From NCBI RefSeq assembly GCF_004010195.1, contig NC_057718.1, positions 56,912,636 to 56,976,635 on the forward strand: a DNA stretch of 64,000 bases, given 5' to 3'. This stretch comes from Chiloscyllium plagiosum. Taxonomy: Eukaryota. This document shows positions 1-12,085 of the stretch, one piece after another (position 1 is the stretch's first letter; each line of letters opens with the position of its first letter). The notes under the pieces were generated by a model. That model had not been told where the DNA came from, made no database searches, and saw only the letters and a list, made by a program, of their open reading frames with translations. The position numbers were made by a program, and so were the translations under genes.

Positions 1-914
1 GGACAAGTGTGAGGTGATTCACTTTGGTCGGAGTAATCAGAATGCAAAGTACTGGGCTAATGGTAAGATTCCTGGTAGTGTAGATGAGCAGAGAGATCTC
101 GGTGTCCAGGTACACAGATCCTTGAAAGTTGCCACCCAGGTTGACGGGGTTGTTAAGAAGGCATACGGTGTTTAGCTTTTATTAATAGAGGGATCGGGTT
201 CTGGAAGATTGGAGGTTGGCTAACGTGGTGCCACTGTTTAAGAAGGGTAGTAAGGACAAGCCGGGGAACTATACACCAGTGAGCCTGATGTCGGTAGTGG
301 ACAAGTTGCTAGAGGGAATCCTAAGTAGTTGGAAAGGCAAGGACTGATTGGTTATGCTACAGCTGTACAAAACTCTAGTGCGGCCGCACTTGGAGTATTG
401 TGTATAGTTCTGGTCACCGCATTATAAGAAGGATGTGGAAGCTCTGGAAAGGGTGCAGAGGAGATTTACTAGGATGTTGCCTGGTATGGAGGGAAGGTTT
501 TACGAGGAAAGTCTGAGGGACTTGAGGCTGTTTTCGTTAGAGAGAAGAAGGTTGAGAGGTGACTTAATAGAGACATATAAGATAATCAGAGGGTCAGATA
601 GGGTGGACAGGGAGATCTTTTTTCCAAGAATGGTGACAGCGAGCATGAGGGGGCATAGCTTTAAATTGAGGGGTGATAGATATAGGACAGATGTCAGAGG
701 TAGTTTCTTTACTCAGAGAGTAGTAAGGGTATGGAATGATTTGCCTGCAACAGTAGTAGATTCGCCAACTTTAAGTACATTTAAGTCATCATTGGACAAG
801 CATATGGACGTACATGGAATAGTGTAGGATAGATGGGCTTCAGACTGGTATGACAGGCCGGCGCAACATCGAGGGCCGAAGGGCCTGTACTGCGCTGTAA
901 TGTTCTATGTTCTA
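1..914 (+). mobile_element. CR1 LINE 3' portion (ORF2 C-terminus + 3'UTR)
   Basis: ORF 435..827 [48 protein letters not shown]; tail gggccgaagggcc..tgttctatgttcta. Confidence 0.92.
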
Positions 915-1614
915 AGTAAAGAGACTTTGGAGTGCAGGTTTATAGCTTCTTGAAAGTGGAGTTGCAGGTAGATAGGATAGTGAAGACGACGTTTGGTATG
1001 CTTTCGTTTATTGGTCAGAGAATTGAGTACAGGAGTTGGGAGGTCATGTTGCTGCTGGACAGGACCTTGGTTAGGCCACTGTTGGAATATTGCGTGCAAT
1101 TTTGGTCTCCTTCCTATTGGAAAGATGTTGTGAAACGTGAAAGGGTTCAGAAAAGATTTACAAGGTTGTTGCCAGGGTTGGACGAATTGAGCTATGGGGA
1201 GAGTCTGAACAGGCTGGGGCTGTTTTCCCTGGAGCATCGGAGGCTCAGCAGGGAACCTTATAGAGGTTTACAAAATTATGAGGGGCATGGAAAGGGTAAA
1301 TAGAAAGTCTTTTCCCTGGGGTCAGGGAGTCCAGAACTAGAGGGCATAGGTTTAGGGTGAGGGGGGAAAGATATAAAAGAGACCTAAGGCGTAACCTTTT
1401 CACACAGAGGGTGGTATGTGTATGGAATGAGCTGCCAGAGGAAGTGGTGGAGGCTGGTACAATTGCAACATTTAAGAGGCATTTGGATGGGTATATGAAT
1501 AGGAAGGGTTTGGAGGGATATGGGCCGGGTGCTGGATATCTGGTCGGCATGGACGGGATTGACCGAAGGGTCTGTTTCCATGCTGTACATCTCTATGACG
1601 CTATGACTCTATGA
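915..1614 (+). mobile_element. 5'-truncated CR1 LINE (second subfamily)
   Basis: ORFs 932..1303 and 1357..1614 ([28 protein letters not shown]); (ctctatga)n-like tail. Confidence 0.92.
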
Positions 1615-3079
1615 ACAGGAAAAACATCCTAGATTGCTTACTGTTAAGACTAGATCTCATGTTTACAACAAGTTGAGCCTATCTTCTTCAAATGGAAAGC
1701 AATACAGATCCTGAGAAGGTGGAACAAACAGTGCAAATCTAAAAGTGAATAAGAATCAATTATTTGAGTGAATAAGAATTAATTATTTTATTATTTAAAA
1801 GACAAGATGCTAATGAGGGTATGGAGATCACTTCAAATAACAGTCAATGATGAATGGACAGTAATCCATCAGATGTTAACTCTCAGTACTGTATTGAGAT
1901 TTTACAAGTAAGTCATGAAATGCTAATGGCAGGTATTAGGATAGCACGTTAAAGTTCTAAACAATTTAAATCAACAAAGATTGCAAAAGGATGTAAAATA
2001 TTGCCAGATATGTAAACTTGCCAACAGTGAAAAAACCTCAGGCATCAATTAAACCTGCATTATTAAGTCTGATCCTGACTGTTATGAAGACCACTTAGCA
2101 GGGTATTAAAAAGGTTGCACAGAACCAATTCCTAAAATGAAGACCAGTAGTCATTGGCTTTCAACAGTCACGGATGTTCCAACAAGGCCTCCTGAAGCAC
2201 TACCACAAAATAGTAGTGAAGAAATCAGTCCAATTTTAATATATGGATTAACCAAATAAAAATTTGAACTGTGATCAGATTCAATGCCCCAAATATTAAA
2301 ATAAATCATGAATGGTTGGGAATAAAAATTTATGCCTACAGCTCATCATCCATGATTTCTAGAAGCATTGGAAAGACAGCATCAAATTTTAAAGACCATG
2401 ATTAAGTCATTCTTGATGGGTTCTAAACGTTACAATAAAATGAATTGCCTTATTACTATTTGTCATTAGGGATGTCCATAATGAGTCCACAGGATTCAGG
2501 TGGGTGTGAAGTAAGAGGTCTTCTTAAATTAGCTATTAAAAAATTATTAACCAAAGTTTTTTTGCCTATTTTGAGGAAAATTAATCAGTTGACCAAAAAA
2601 GCATCTAAAAGGGTGTTAAGCCAACGATGAAAATTAGATGAAATAAATAGGTCAAAGCTCAGAGGTGAGTCACTGGTGATGAGATGATACAATTGTTACC
2701 TGACAAAGACTAATCTTTAAAAGCAAGATTCAGTCAGACCGTACCAATTCGAAAAGAAACTCAATAGTCAGTACTCAAGAGAGGAGGAAATATTAGTGAA
2801 TGGGTCACGTTAACATGGTAAAATGATACTATGACAGGGAAGATGGTCAGAACCAGAATGAAGTTACAGTGATGAAAGAAATTAGCAGAGATATTCAAAA
2901 AATTCAGAATTAATCAGAAATTGAACATTTTAATGTTGTTTCTCTAGTAATCAGGTTAGATAATATGGAGAGGCTTAAAACATTAAATGAAATATCATGT
3001 TATTTCTCAGAAAAATATTGAAATGATGTATGAAAGGTATTATAGACTCTTTAATGAAAGGATGCACTTGCTCTCTCTT

Positions 3080-3580
3080 GAGACTGCAGCGAAGGTTTAC
3101 CAGGCTGATTCTGGGGATGGCAGGAGTAACGTATGAGGAGAGGTTGTCTAGGTTGGGATTGTTTTCGCAGGAGTTCACATGAATGAGGGGGGGGATCTCT
3201 TAGAAATTTAAAATTCTAACTGGACTAGATAGGGTAGATGCAGGGGGGAATGTTTCCGATGGTGGTATGTCCAGAACTAGGGGTTACAATTTGAGGTTTC
3301 AGGGTAGACCATTTAGGATGGAGATGAGGAGTCATTTCTTCACCAAAAGAGTGACAAGCCTGTGGGATTCATTACCATAGAAAGTAGTTGATGCCAAAAC
3401 ATTGAATGTATTCAAGAGGCAGCTAGATATAGCACTTGGGACGAATGGAATCAAAGGTTATGGGGAAAAAGCAGGATTAGGCTATTTACTTAGACGATCA
3501 ACCATGATTGTGATGAATAGTGGAGCAGGCTTGGAGAGCCAAATGGCCTCGTCCTGCTCTTATCTTCTCGGTTTCTATTC
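3080..3580 (+). mobile_element. CR1 LINE 3' fragment (third subfamily)
   Basis: gcagcgaaggtttaccaggctgattctgggatgg...; ORF 3402 [24 protein letters not shown]; tail tcctgctcttatcttctcggtttcta. Confidence 0.85.
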
Positions 3581-3901
3581 AAAGAAGTAATATTAATGAG
3601 TATCTTGAATTTTTCCATGCCTAAAACAAAACGTGAAATTTTGCAATATATAGGTATTGGTGGATTTTATTGCAACTCAATTCTAAATTTCAGGACTGTA
3701 GTTTGATAAGCTTGTTAAAAGCAAGAAATCTGAACAGATAAATCAACACCAGATGCCTTTGGCAAATTGAAAGCTGTACTAAGTACTGTACTGATTTTAA
3801 CAGCACCAATTTATAATAAAGCATTTAAACTGGAGAGAAAAATTTGAACGGTTTTGTTGAAGCTTAATGATTTAACAATGCTTTATAAAAATGCACATGC
3901 T

Positions 3902-5637
3902 AATCAGTCTCCCATGGGGAATCTTCTCGAATGCCTGACTGAAGTCAATATAGATCACATCTACTGCTCTGCCCTCATCAATACTCTTTGTTACTTCTTC
4001 AAAAAGCTCAATCAAGTTTGTGGGACATGATTTCCCACTCACAAAGCGATGTTGACTATCCTAAAACAGTCCTTGCCTTTCCAAATACATGTACATCCTA
4101 TCCCTCAGGATTCCCTCCAACAATGTGCCCACCACCGATGTCAGGCTCACTGGTCTACAGTTCCCTGGCTTATCCTTACCACTTTTCTTAAACAGTGGCA
4201 CCACATTAGCCAACCTCCAGTCTTCTGACACCTCACCTGTGACTATCAATGACACAAATACCTCAGTAAGAGGCCCAGCAATCACTTCTCTAGCTTCCCA
4301 CAGAGTTCTAGGATACACCTGATCAGGTCCTGGGGATTTATCCACTTTCATGCATTTCAAGACATCCAGCACTTCCTCCTCTGTAATATGGACATTTTTC
4401 AGAATGATACTATTTATTTCCAGACATTCTATTTCTTCCATGTCTTTTTCCATAGTAAACACTGATGCAAAATACTCATTTAGTATCTCCCCCATCTCCA
4501 GCGGCTCCACACAAAGACCACCTTGCTGATCTTTAAGAGGCACCTATTCTCCCCCTAGTTACCCTTTTGTCCTTAGTATATTTGTAAAGACCCTTTCGAT
4601 TCTCCTTAACTCTATTTGCCAAAGCTATGTCATGTCCCCTTTTTGCCCTCCTGATTTCTCTCTCAAGTATACTCCTACTGCCTTTATACTCCAAGGATTC
4701 ACTCGATCTATCCTGTCTATTCAAAGTTTGTGAGAAGATTTGTAGCTCGGGTGCTCGTTGCAAAACTAATGTAGTGTACAAAATCCCATGCAAGGACTGT
4801 ACAAAACACTAGATAGAACAAACAGGAAGACAGCTAACGATCCGCATCCACGATCATCAACTAGCCACGAAACGACACGACCAGCTTCCCTAGTAGCCAC
4901 ACACGCAGACGACAAGCAACATGAATTTGACTGGGACAACACTACCATTATAGGGCAAGCCAAACAAAGAACAGCCAGGGAATTCCTAGAAGCATGGCAC
5001 TCATCCACAAACTCCATCAACAAACACATAGACCTGGACCCAATATACCGGCCACTACAGCGGACAGCTGAAACTGACAACTGGAAGCGACAGGGACAGG
5101 CCACTACAAATGCCGGAGGAAACATCACAGAAGCGCTTCACAGGAGGCTCCCAAGCACTGAGGAAGTCACCTAAACAGGGGACGAAACATTTGCAACAAA
5201 AACTTCCAGCTCGGCGAAAGAACCACAGCTATCCTGTCTATACCTGACATACGCTTCCTCCCTTTTCTAAAGCAATGCCTCTATTTCTTTAGTCATCCAG
5301 CATTCCCTATGCCTACCAGCCTTTTCTTTAATTCTAACAGGAATATAATTTCTCTGGACTGTCGTTATCTCATTTCTGAAGGCTTCCCATTTTCCAGCCG
5401 TCCCTTCACCTGAGAATATCTGTCCCTACTTTTGAAAGTTCTTGCCTAATACCGTCAAAATTGGCCTTTCTCCAATTTAGAACTTCAATGTTTAGATCTG
5501 GTCTATCCTTTTGCATCACTATTTTAAAACTAATAGATTAATGGTCACTGGCCCCAAAGTGCTCCCCCACTGACACCTCAGTCACCTGCCCTGCCTTATT
5601 TCCCACAAGTAGGTCAAGTTTTGCACCTTCTCTAGTA
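3902..5637 (-). mobile_element. CR1 LINE internal ORF2 fragment, split by a PLE
   Basis: ORF 4061..4543 ILNEYFASVFT..DKSPGPDQVYPRTL..DWRLANVVPLFKK..RPVSLTSVVG; ORF 4533..4793 C-terminus EIRRAKRGHDIALANRVKEN. Confidence 0.9.
4721..5228 (+). mobile_element. Penelope-like element 3' fragment (GIY-YIG end + pseudo-LTR) with inverted 40-bp terminus
   Basis: [14 protein letters not shown] and HEFDWDNTTIIGQAKQRTAREFLEAWHS; 13-bp TSD ctatcctgtctat at 4708-4720 and 5229-5241. Confidence 0.9.
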
Positions 5638-7970
5638 AAGGTGATTGGGCTCAAATTAGATTACTTTGTCATTTAGATTTGTTCTGATAAATTTACAGTA
5701 TTAATAATAAATTGTTAATTTCTCTTACAGTTAACAGAAGTCTCACTTCTGTTATCTTGAACTGGGTTAGGAACAAATGTACAACTTAGAGGGTCTTCAG
5801 ATGTTTGAAGTTCACGGTGTTGTGAATCCAGCCTGATTTGGCCTGGTTTGTTATCCCTGTGTCGTAACAAAAGTAGACACTGAAATGGTAGCTTCATTAA
5901 TACGAGAACGTTTGTATCAGAGGCAGCTCAGTCACATTGTGCTGCAATCCTCAAAAATTGTATTAAGCATGTACATAGATGAAGTAGTGCCTTTAAGGAA
6001 CTGTATTGGTGTGAACTTTCAGTTCTAAGGCCAGTCTGAAGATTTGTCTTGACACATTGTCAAGGGAAATCTTCCAACTTGATTGGGAAGAACGTTTTTG
6101 GAGGAAAAAAATCAAATTCAACTGGGCTGAAGTAAATCACTGTCAGATTCTGACTGAGCTATTTCAAATTCTAAAGAAATATGCCATTGTTCTCAATGGA
6201 GATTTTGGAAGCACTGGCTATACCAGTGTCTTCTACAATCAGATGAAACGTCAAGGCAGTATGAGAGAGGCTGATCAAGACAGAAATCCTTGAACCTGTA
6301 AATGACCGTTGGACCACACCTGTTGGATCAGTGATAAAGAAAGATGAATCGGTACACATCTGCAATGATGCTAAGGTCATTATTAATCCAGTACTGTGTG
6401 CTGAGCAGTATCCTTTGCCAGGTATATAAGTTAGCTTGCTGAGCTGGAAGATTTGTTTTCAGACGTTTCATCACCATGACTACGTAACATCGTCAGTTAG
6501 CGTGTCTCCGGTGAAGCACTGGTGGCATGCCCTGCCTCTCTATTTATAGGTCTTGGTTTCTTAAGGTAGGCGATGTCATTTCCATGGAAAGGTAGATGGG
6601 ATCTAAGTCGATGTGTTTATTGATGGAGTTCTGGTTAGAATGCCATGCCTCTAAGAATTCTCGTGCATGTCTTTGTTTCACCTGTCCTAGGATGTGTGTA
6701 TTGTCCCAGTCAAAGTGGTGTCTTTCTAAGTCTATATGTATGGAAACTAGTGATAGTGGGTCATGTCTTTTGGGGGCTAGTTGGTGTTCATGTATCCTGG
6801 TGGCAAGTTTCCTGTTAATTTATCTGATGTAGTTTTTTTTAAACAGTTCTTGCAAGATATTTTGTAAATGACGTTAGTTTTGATGGTAGTATCCAATGGA
6901 TCCTTTGGGTTCATTAGTCGTTGTTTGTGTTAGTAGGTTTGTGGGCTACCATGATGCCAAGAGGTTTGAGTAGTTCAGAAGTCATTTCTGATATGTCTTT
7001 GATATAAAGGTAATGTGGCTATAGTTTTTGGTTGCATGGTGTCTGCTTGTCTGGGTTTGTTTCTGAGGAATCGGCAGATTGCGTTTAATAAATACTCATT
7101 TTTCTTGAAAACGCTGTATAGATATTTTTCTTTTGCTGTTTGTAGTTCTTGGTTGCTGCAATGTAATGTAGCTCGTTGAAATAATGTGTTGATGCAGCTC
7201 CATTTGTGGGTGTTGGGATGATTGCTTCTGAAGTTAAGCGTTTGGTCTGTGTTTGTTGTTTTTCTGTAGATGCTGGTTTGAAGCTCTCAGTTTACTGTAT
7301 GTTCAACTGTCACATTAGGAATGGGAGTCTGTTGTCATTCTCCTCCTCTTTTATGAATTTTATGCCTGTCAGGATATTGTTGATGGTGTTGTTTGTTTCC
7401 TCAAAGATGTCATCCACGTCACGGACCCAAAGTTTGGGTTGGAGAGATGGGAGGGCACCTTGCTCAAGTCTCTGCATTATTGCTTCCGCAATGAGACCTG
7501 ATATTGATGATCCCACGGGTGTTCCGTTGACTTGTTTGTAGGTTTTGTTATTGAATGTGAAATGGGTGGTAATGGCACAGGTCCTTTAGCTTGAGGATAT
7601 TGTCTTTGTTGATGAGGTTGGTGCTGTCTGGTGTTTGTGGTCCTGATTTTCCTACTAGTGATGTCAGTGTTTCTTTGGCCAGGTCGATGTTAATTGATAT
7701 GAAAAGGGCTGAAACGTCAAAGGAGACCATTATTTCGTCCTCTTCTATCTTGGTATCTTTGATGGTGTTCAGGAATTCTTGGGTGGAGTGAATGGAGTAG
7801 CGTGAATCTTCAATTAGGTATTTTGGTTTTTGATGGAGTTCCTTGGCTAGTCTGTATGTTGGTGTACCAGGTGGAGAGACTATGGGTGTGAGGGAGGCCC
7901 CGGGTTTATGTAATTTTGGTAATCCGTAGGAGCATGGTGGGTTTGATCCATCTGGTTTCATATTTTGGAA

Positions 7971-8178
7971 AGAAAGTGAGGTCTGCAGATGCTGGAGATC
8001 AGAGCTGAAAATGTGTTGCTGGAAAAGCGCAGCAGGTCAGGCAGCATCCAAGGAACAGGAGAATCGACGTTTTGGGCATAAGCCCTTCCTGAAGAAGGGC
8101 TTATGCCCGAAACGTCGATTCTCCTGTTCCCTGGATGCTGCCTGACCTGCTGCGCTTTTCCAGCAACACATTTTCAGC
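7971..8178. mobile_element. Palindromic PLE pseudo-LTR insertion nested in a PLE
   Basis: 86-bp inverted arms 8003-8088 and 8094-8179 (2 mismatches); 14-bp TSD ttcatattttggaa at 7957-7970 and 8179-8192. Confidence 0.9.
8086..8120 (+). ncRNA. Minimal hammerhead-ribozyme-like core in a PLE pLTR
   Basis: CTGAAGA-agggc ttat gccc-GAAACGTC: CUGANGA, stem II, GAAA, palindromic ACGU stem III; stem I pairing is weak. Confidence 0.6.
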
Positions 8179-11100
8179 TTCATATTTTGGAAGTCTGTCC
8201 TGTTTAATTCTCCTCATTTTTTAAGTCCTGTTAGAAAGGATGAGATTCTATTTAGTAGTTTTGGATTGGGTCTATCGCCACTTACTGGTAAGTGTCGGTA
8301 TGTGCAAGCAGAGCATTTGCCTTTTTAAGATTGTCTGATTTTTAAAAAATTAACGGTCACACGTCCCTTGCCTGCAGGAATTATTACAATGTTTTTGACT
8401 TCTTTCTTTTTTAAGTCTTTCTAAGGCTTTATTTTCTTCAGCATTAAGTGTGTTTCCTTTCTTTTTTTTGGCCTAATGTAGGTGCAATAGCTTGTGATAT
8501 GGTCTGCTGTGTTTCCTCTGACAGACTGTTATTTTTTTAATGTGAATTCAAATTCTGCAAGGAAGTCCTTTATACTTGCATTGTTGTACTTGTAGTTTAA
8601 CCCTCTGACTAGGACTGCTTTTTCTGTTTTGGTAAGTGGACGGTTTAAAAGATTTTTTTTATCCAAGCATCAGTGTTGTATGAATATATTTTTGTGTGAG
8701 TTTATCTAATTTATCTTGAAGTGCGAGTTTTTTCTTTTTCTGTGTTTGCTGTTGTTGAAAGCTTATGGTTCACTCTAATGGATTTGTCCATTCAAGGTCA
8801 GTTATGGTATTGAACAAAGTTTTTTGGTGCGAAATCTCCGGATTGTATTTATGGAATCAGTTGTGAGAGCATAGTTTCTCATTTCTTTAAGCATTCTGCA
8901 GCTGTTTTGTTTTGCTTTTTTTTGGCTAGTGGGGTGTTTGGGGTGGGAGGGTGATTTGTATTTTAGACATGTAGGAAATACCTGATACCGGAGACATTTG
9001 TGCACAAAGAACAGTTGTTCACAGGGTAGCACTCAGTCAGATGGCGAAGGTTTCCCATCTTTGGGCAAGTTTTAGCATGTTGTGCCCAGATGTGTTAGCG
9101 ATTTTTGAGAAGATTTATAGCTCAGGTTGATGATAAGTACACAAGTTAGCTCACTGAGCTGGAAGATTTGTTTTGAAACGTTTCGTCACCATAACGAAGT
9201 AATATTATCAGAGAGTGTCTTGGTGAAGCTCTGGTGGTAGGTCTTGGTTTCCTAAGTCACGTACAAAATACCATGCAAGAACTGTAAAAACACTACATCG
9301 GACAAACAAGCAGGAAACTTTCCACTAGGATACATGAACACCAACTAGCCACCAAAAGACATGACCCACTATGGCTAATTTCCATATATACAGACAAAGA
9401 AAGAGGCATGGCAATCTAACCAGAACTCATCAATAAACACTTCAACTTAGATCCCATCTACCTTCCCTTGGAAAAAAAAATGGAAATGATATCACTTCCC
9501 TTAAGAAACCAAAGACCTATAAATAGAGGTGGGACATATCGCCAGTGCTTCACCGGAGACTCTAACTAATGTTACCTAGTCATGGTGACAAAACATCTGA
9601 AAACAAACTTTCCAGTTCAGCGAGCTAACTTACAACTAACTGAGCTACAAATCTTCTCAAAAATTGCTAGTATCCTTTGCCATTAATGAATGACCTATTT
9701 GCTGGATTAGCTGGAGGTCAGCTTTTCAGCAAAATTGTTAACCCATCTCCAGATAAAATAGATCCAGAGTCACATAATATTTGACATCGCAACATGTAAG
9801 GGACTATTCAAATACAAGAAACTTTCATTTGGATTCAAATCTGTGCTTGCATTATTCCAAAGTACAGGGATTAGATGTTAAGTGGATTGGAAGGGGTTCA
9901 GCATTACCTAGATGCTGTTTTAGTCATGGCTCACAATTTAGATACTATTCTGCAGAGACTTTAAGATTACATAATAGGAGTGAGGTAAGGCAAATGTGAT
10001 TTTCTTCTGGATCTTCCATCAAGTATTTAGGCCCGCCATTGATGCTAAAAGCTACCTTCAAAAGTAAAACTCATAACTGAGGCAAGACGACCTAAAAATG
10101 CAATACAAGTACAATCATTTCTGGGTTTGCTAAATTACTATGGCAGGTTTGTCTCAAATCTTGGAACCATTCTCAGGCAAAAGAAATGATAAACGATGCT
10201 CTCACAACCGACTCCATAAATACAACTGGGAGATTCTGTGCCAAAAAACATTGTTCAATACCACAACAGACCTTAAACGGACAAATGCAAGATTTGGAAA
10301 TGGGAAGACAATGGAAATGTGAAAGAGACTTTCCATAAAGCCAAGGATGCTTTATTAAGGTCATGTCCTGATCCATTGGGACTGAATGTTACCATGGCAA
10401 CTAGCTTGCTATGCTTCACCGTATGGATTGGGAGCAGCTATTTATCATATATTACCCACTAATGAAGAGAAACTAATAGCTATTGCATTAAGATCAGTAA
10501 ACAAAACAGAAACAAGCTATGTACAGAGACAGAACAAAAGCCTCGGAATTGCTTTTAGCACAAGATGATTTCCATTGATATCTGTATGGCCAAGGATTTA
10601 CACCACCAACAGATCACTGACCATTGACCACTGACCACAATACTTGGACCTCACACAGAGATAGCTGCTCTAGCATCAAGCCATATGCAGAGGTAGCTTT
10701 TATTGCTATCATCTTACATTTATGCAATTATGTATTGGCAATCCAACTTATGTGGGAATGCTGATGGGTTCTCCAGAATACCAACAAATATTCCTGACTT
10801 AGACATTTTCTACTTCAAGTAAAGTAGATAACAATCTGAAAATTGCAGGACAAGTAGTACACTAGAAATGATTCACTACTATCAAAAGTAATGGATACGG
10901 TACTTTGTGACATGATCAAAGGAACAATCCCAGAAGTGAAGCCATTTGTTACATGGAGACTAGAACTATTCTTACAAGCACAAGTCTCCTTTGGGTAATG
11001 AGTGTCATCATTCCACCACAGCTAAGGAAATGTGTATTAAAACAACTGCATGAAAGTCACCGTGGCACTGTTAGAATTAACAAAATAGCCCAAAGCTATT

Positions 11101-11696
11101 TTTGGTAACCAGAGCTCAACTCTGAATTCAGAAGACAGGAGTGCGTGCAGCTTGCGCAAGAGTTCGCAACCTGCCTCCATTTGCACACTATACCCATGGG
11201 ATGGCCAAAAGGCCACGGTAAAAGAATCCACACTGACTACACTGGAAATTTTGAAGGGTGAATGGCTTTCATAGCGGTTGATGCACATACTAAATACGCC
11301 TTAAGTTGCCATCAAGAGGCATCTTCAGAGAAAATCAATGAAAGATTCTGCAGGGGGCAGGGGGATCTTTGTAAGGTTTGGTTATCTGGAACAACTGATT
11401 AGTGATAAAGATCCACAGTTTATATTACAAGAATTTACAGACTATCTAGAGGAGAACGGAATTCTACATAAACAATCCACAAATGTTTTCGCAGATAATG
11501 AAATGTTCCTTAAAAGGTGACTTAAGGTTTGCTATCTAAAACACAAAGCCAATTATTGTTAACATATTGGAACATAACTTGACAACTCAGTTCTCTGGCA
11601 TTGCTCATGGTTATTGGTTCCATCAAGTCTGGGAGATACCCTACACTCAAGCAGATGACAGATACTGAATGATAACTGAGGCCCTGGGAAAAGATA

Positions 11697-11800
11697 TATG
11701 TTGATTTTCCAGCTCTTCAGATGCTGCCTGACCCGCTGTGCTTTTCCAGCACCACTCTAATCTTGACTCTAATCTCTAGCATCTGCAGCACCCACTTTGG
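11697..11800 (+). mobile_element. Short PLE pLTR fragment
   Basis: gatgctgcctgacccgctgtgcttttccagc..atctctagcatctgcag; 14-bp TSD cctgggaaaagata at 11683-11696 and 11801-11814. Confidence 0.85.
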
Positions 11801-11944
11801 CCTGGGAAAAGATAGTCAGCCTCAGGGTAGGACCAGAGTTGGAGTTTTTTTTTTAAAATGTGCTTGGCTGCTGATTACAGAGCATGAGGATTTGAAAGCT
11901 AACCTCCCCTATCAGATTTTAGAAGCCCAAGAATAGAAAGCTAA

Positions 11945-12085
11945 GTTAGAAGTATTACAACCTTTATCGTCCTTCAGACAACAAGTCCACACTGATCATG
12001 TTCCCAAACCAAACTAGGCCCACTTTCCTGCATTTGGCCCATATCCTTCCAAACCTTTCTTATTCATGTACTTACCCAATGGCTT
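11945..12085 (-). mobile_element. CR1 3' end fragment
   Basis: ttggcccatatccttccaaacctttcttattcatgtac is the reverse complement of the CR1 'GYMN.KGLEGYGP' end. Confidence 0.75.

Larger units (their letters stand above)
1850..5868 (+). mobile_element. Highly decayed Gypsy LTR retrotransposon, probably Gmr1-like, interrupted by CR1 and PLE insertions
   Basis: Integrase remnants TAHHP*FLEALERQHQILKTMIKSF (~2338-2412) and G.EVRGLL (~2503-2525); RT/RNase H connection remnant DAFGKLKAVLSTVLILTAPIYNKAFKLE (~3752-3835); LTR-like end gtcgtaaca at ~5868. Confidence 0.6.
6421..9668 (-). mobile_element. Near full-length Penelope-like element (minus, 6421-~9256) plus inverted plus-strand 3' copy (~9260-9668)
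   Basis: RT: YGLPKLHKPG..MVSFDVSALF (7548..7961), MGSSISGLIAEAIMQRLE..LWVRDVDD (7310..7516); N-terminal EQLFFVHKCLRYQVFP; pLTR copies at ~6421-6570, ~9100-9256, ~9500-9668; 14-bp TSD agtatcctttgcca at 6407-6420 and 9669-9682. Confidence 0.92.
5900..11520 (+). mobile_element. Decayed Gypsy/Ty3 pol (RT-RNaseH-INT order), split by a 3.2-kb PLE
   Basis: EILEPVNDRWTTPVGSVIKKDESVHICNDAKVIINPVLCAEQYPLP (6283-6420) resumes as LMNDLFAGLAGGQLFSKI (9683-); RNase H LACYASPYGLGAAIYHIL (ORF 10386); integrase RFGYLEQLISDKDPQFILQEF (ORF 11338). Confidence 0.85.

Noticed and set aside
905..1590. Recurrent antisense ORFs (e.g. MLQGKQPQP.., [12 protein letters not shown]..; also 40238..40885)
   Set aside because: Reverse-strand readings of CR1 ORF2; they recur because CR1 is multicopy.
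8003..8179. pre-miRNA hairpin
   Set aside because: The stem is a near-perfect TE-derived inverted repeat with a TSD; no miRNA family recognised.
11681..11712. RPWERIYVDF-like Gypsy integrase motif
   Set aside because: It straddles a TSD/pLTR junction (cctgggaaaagata|tatgttgattttcc), so it is likely a junction coincidence.
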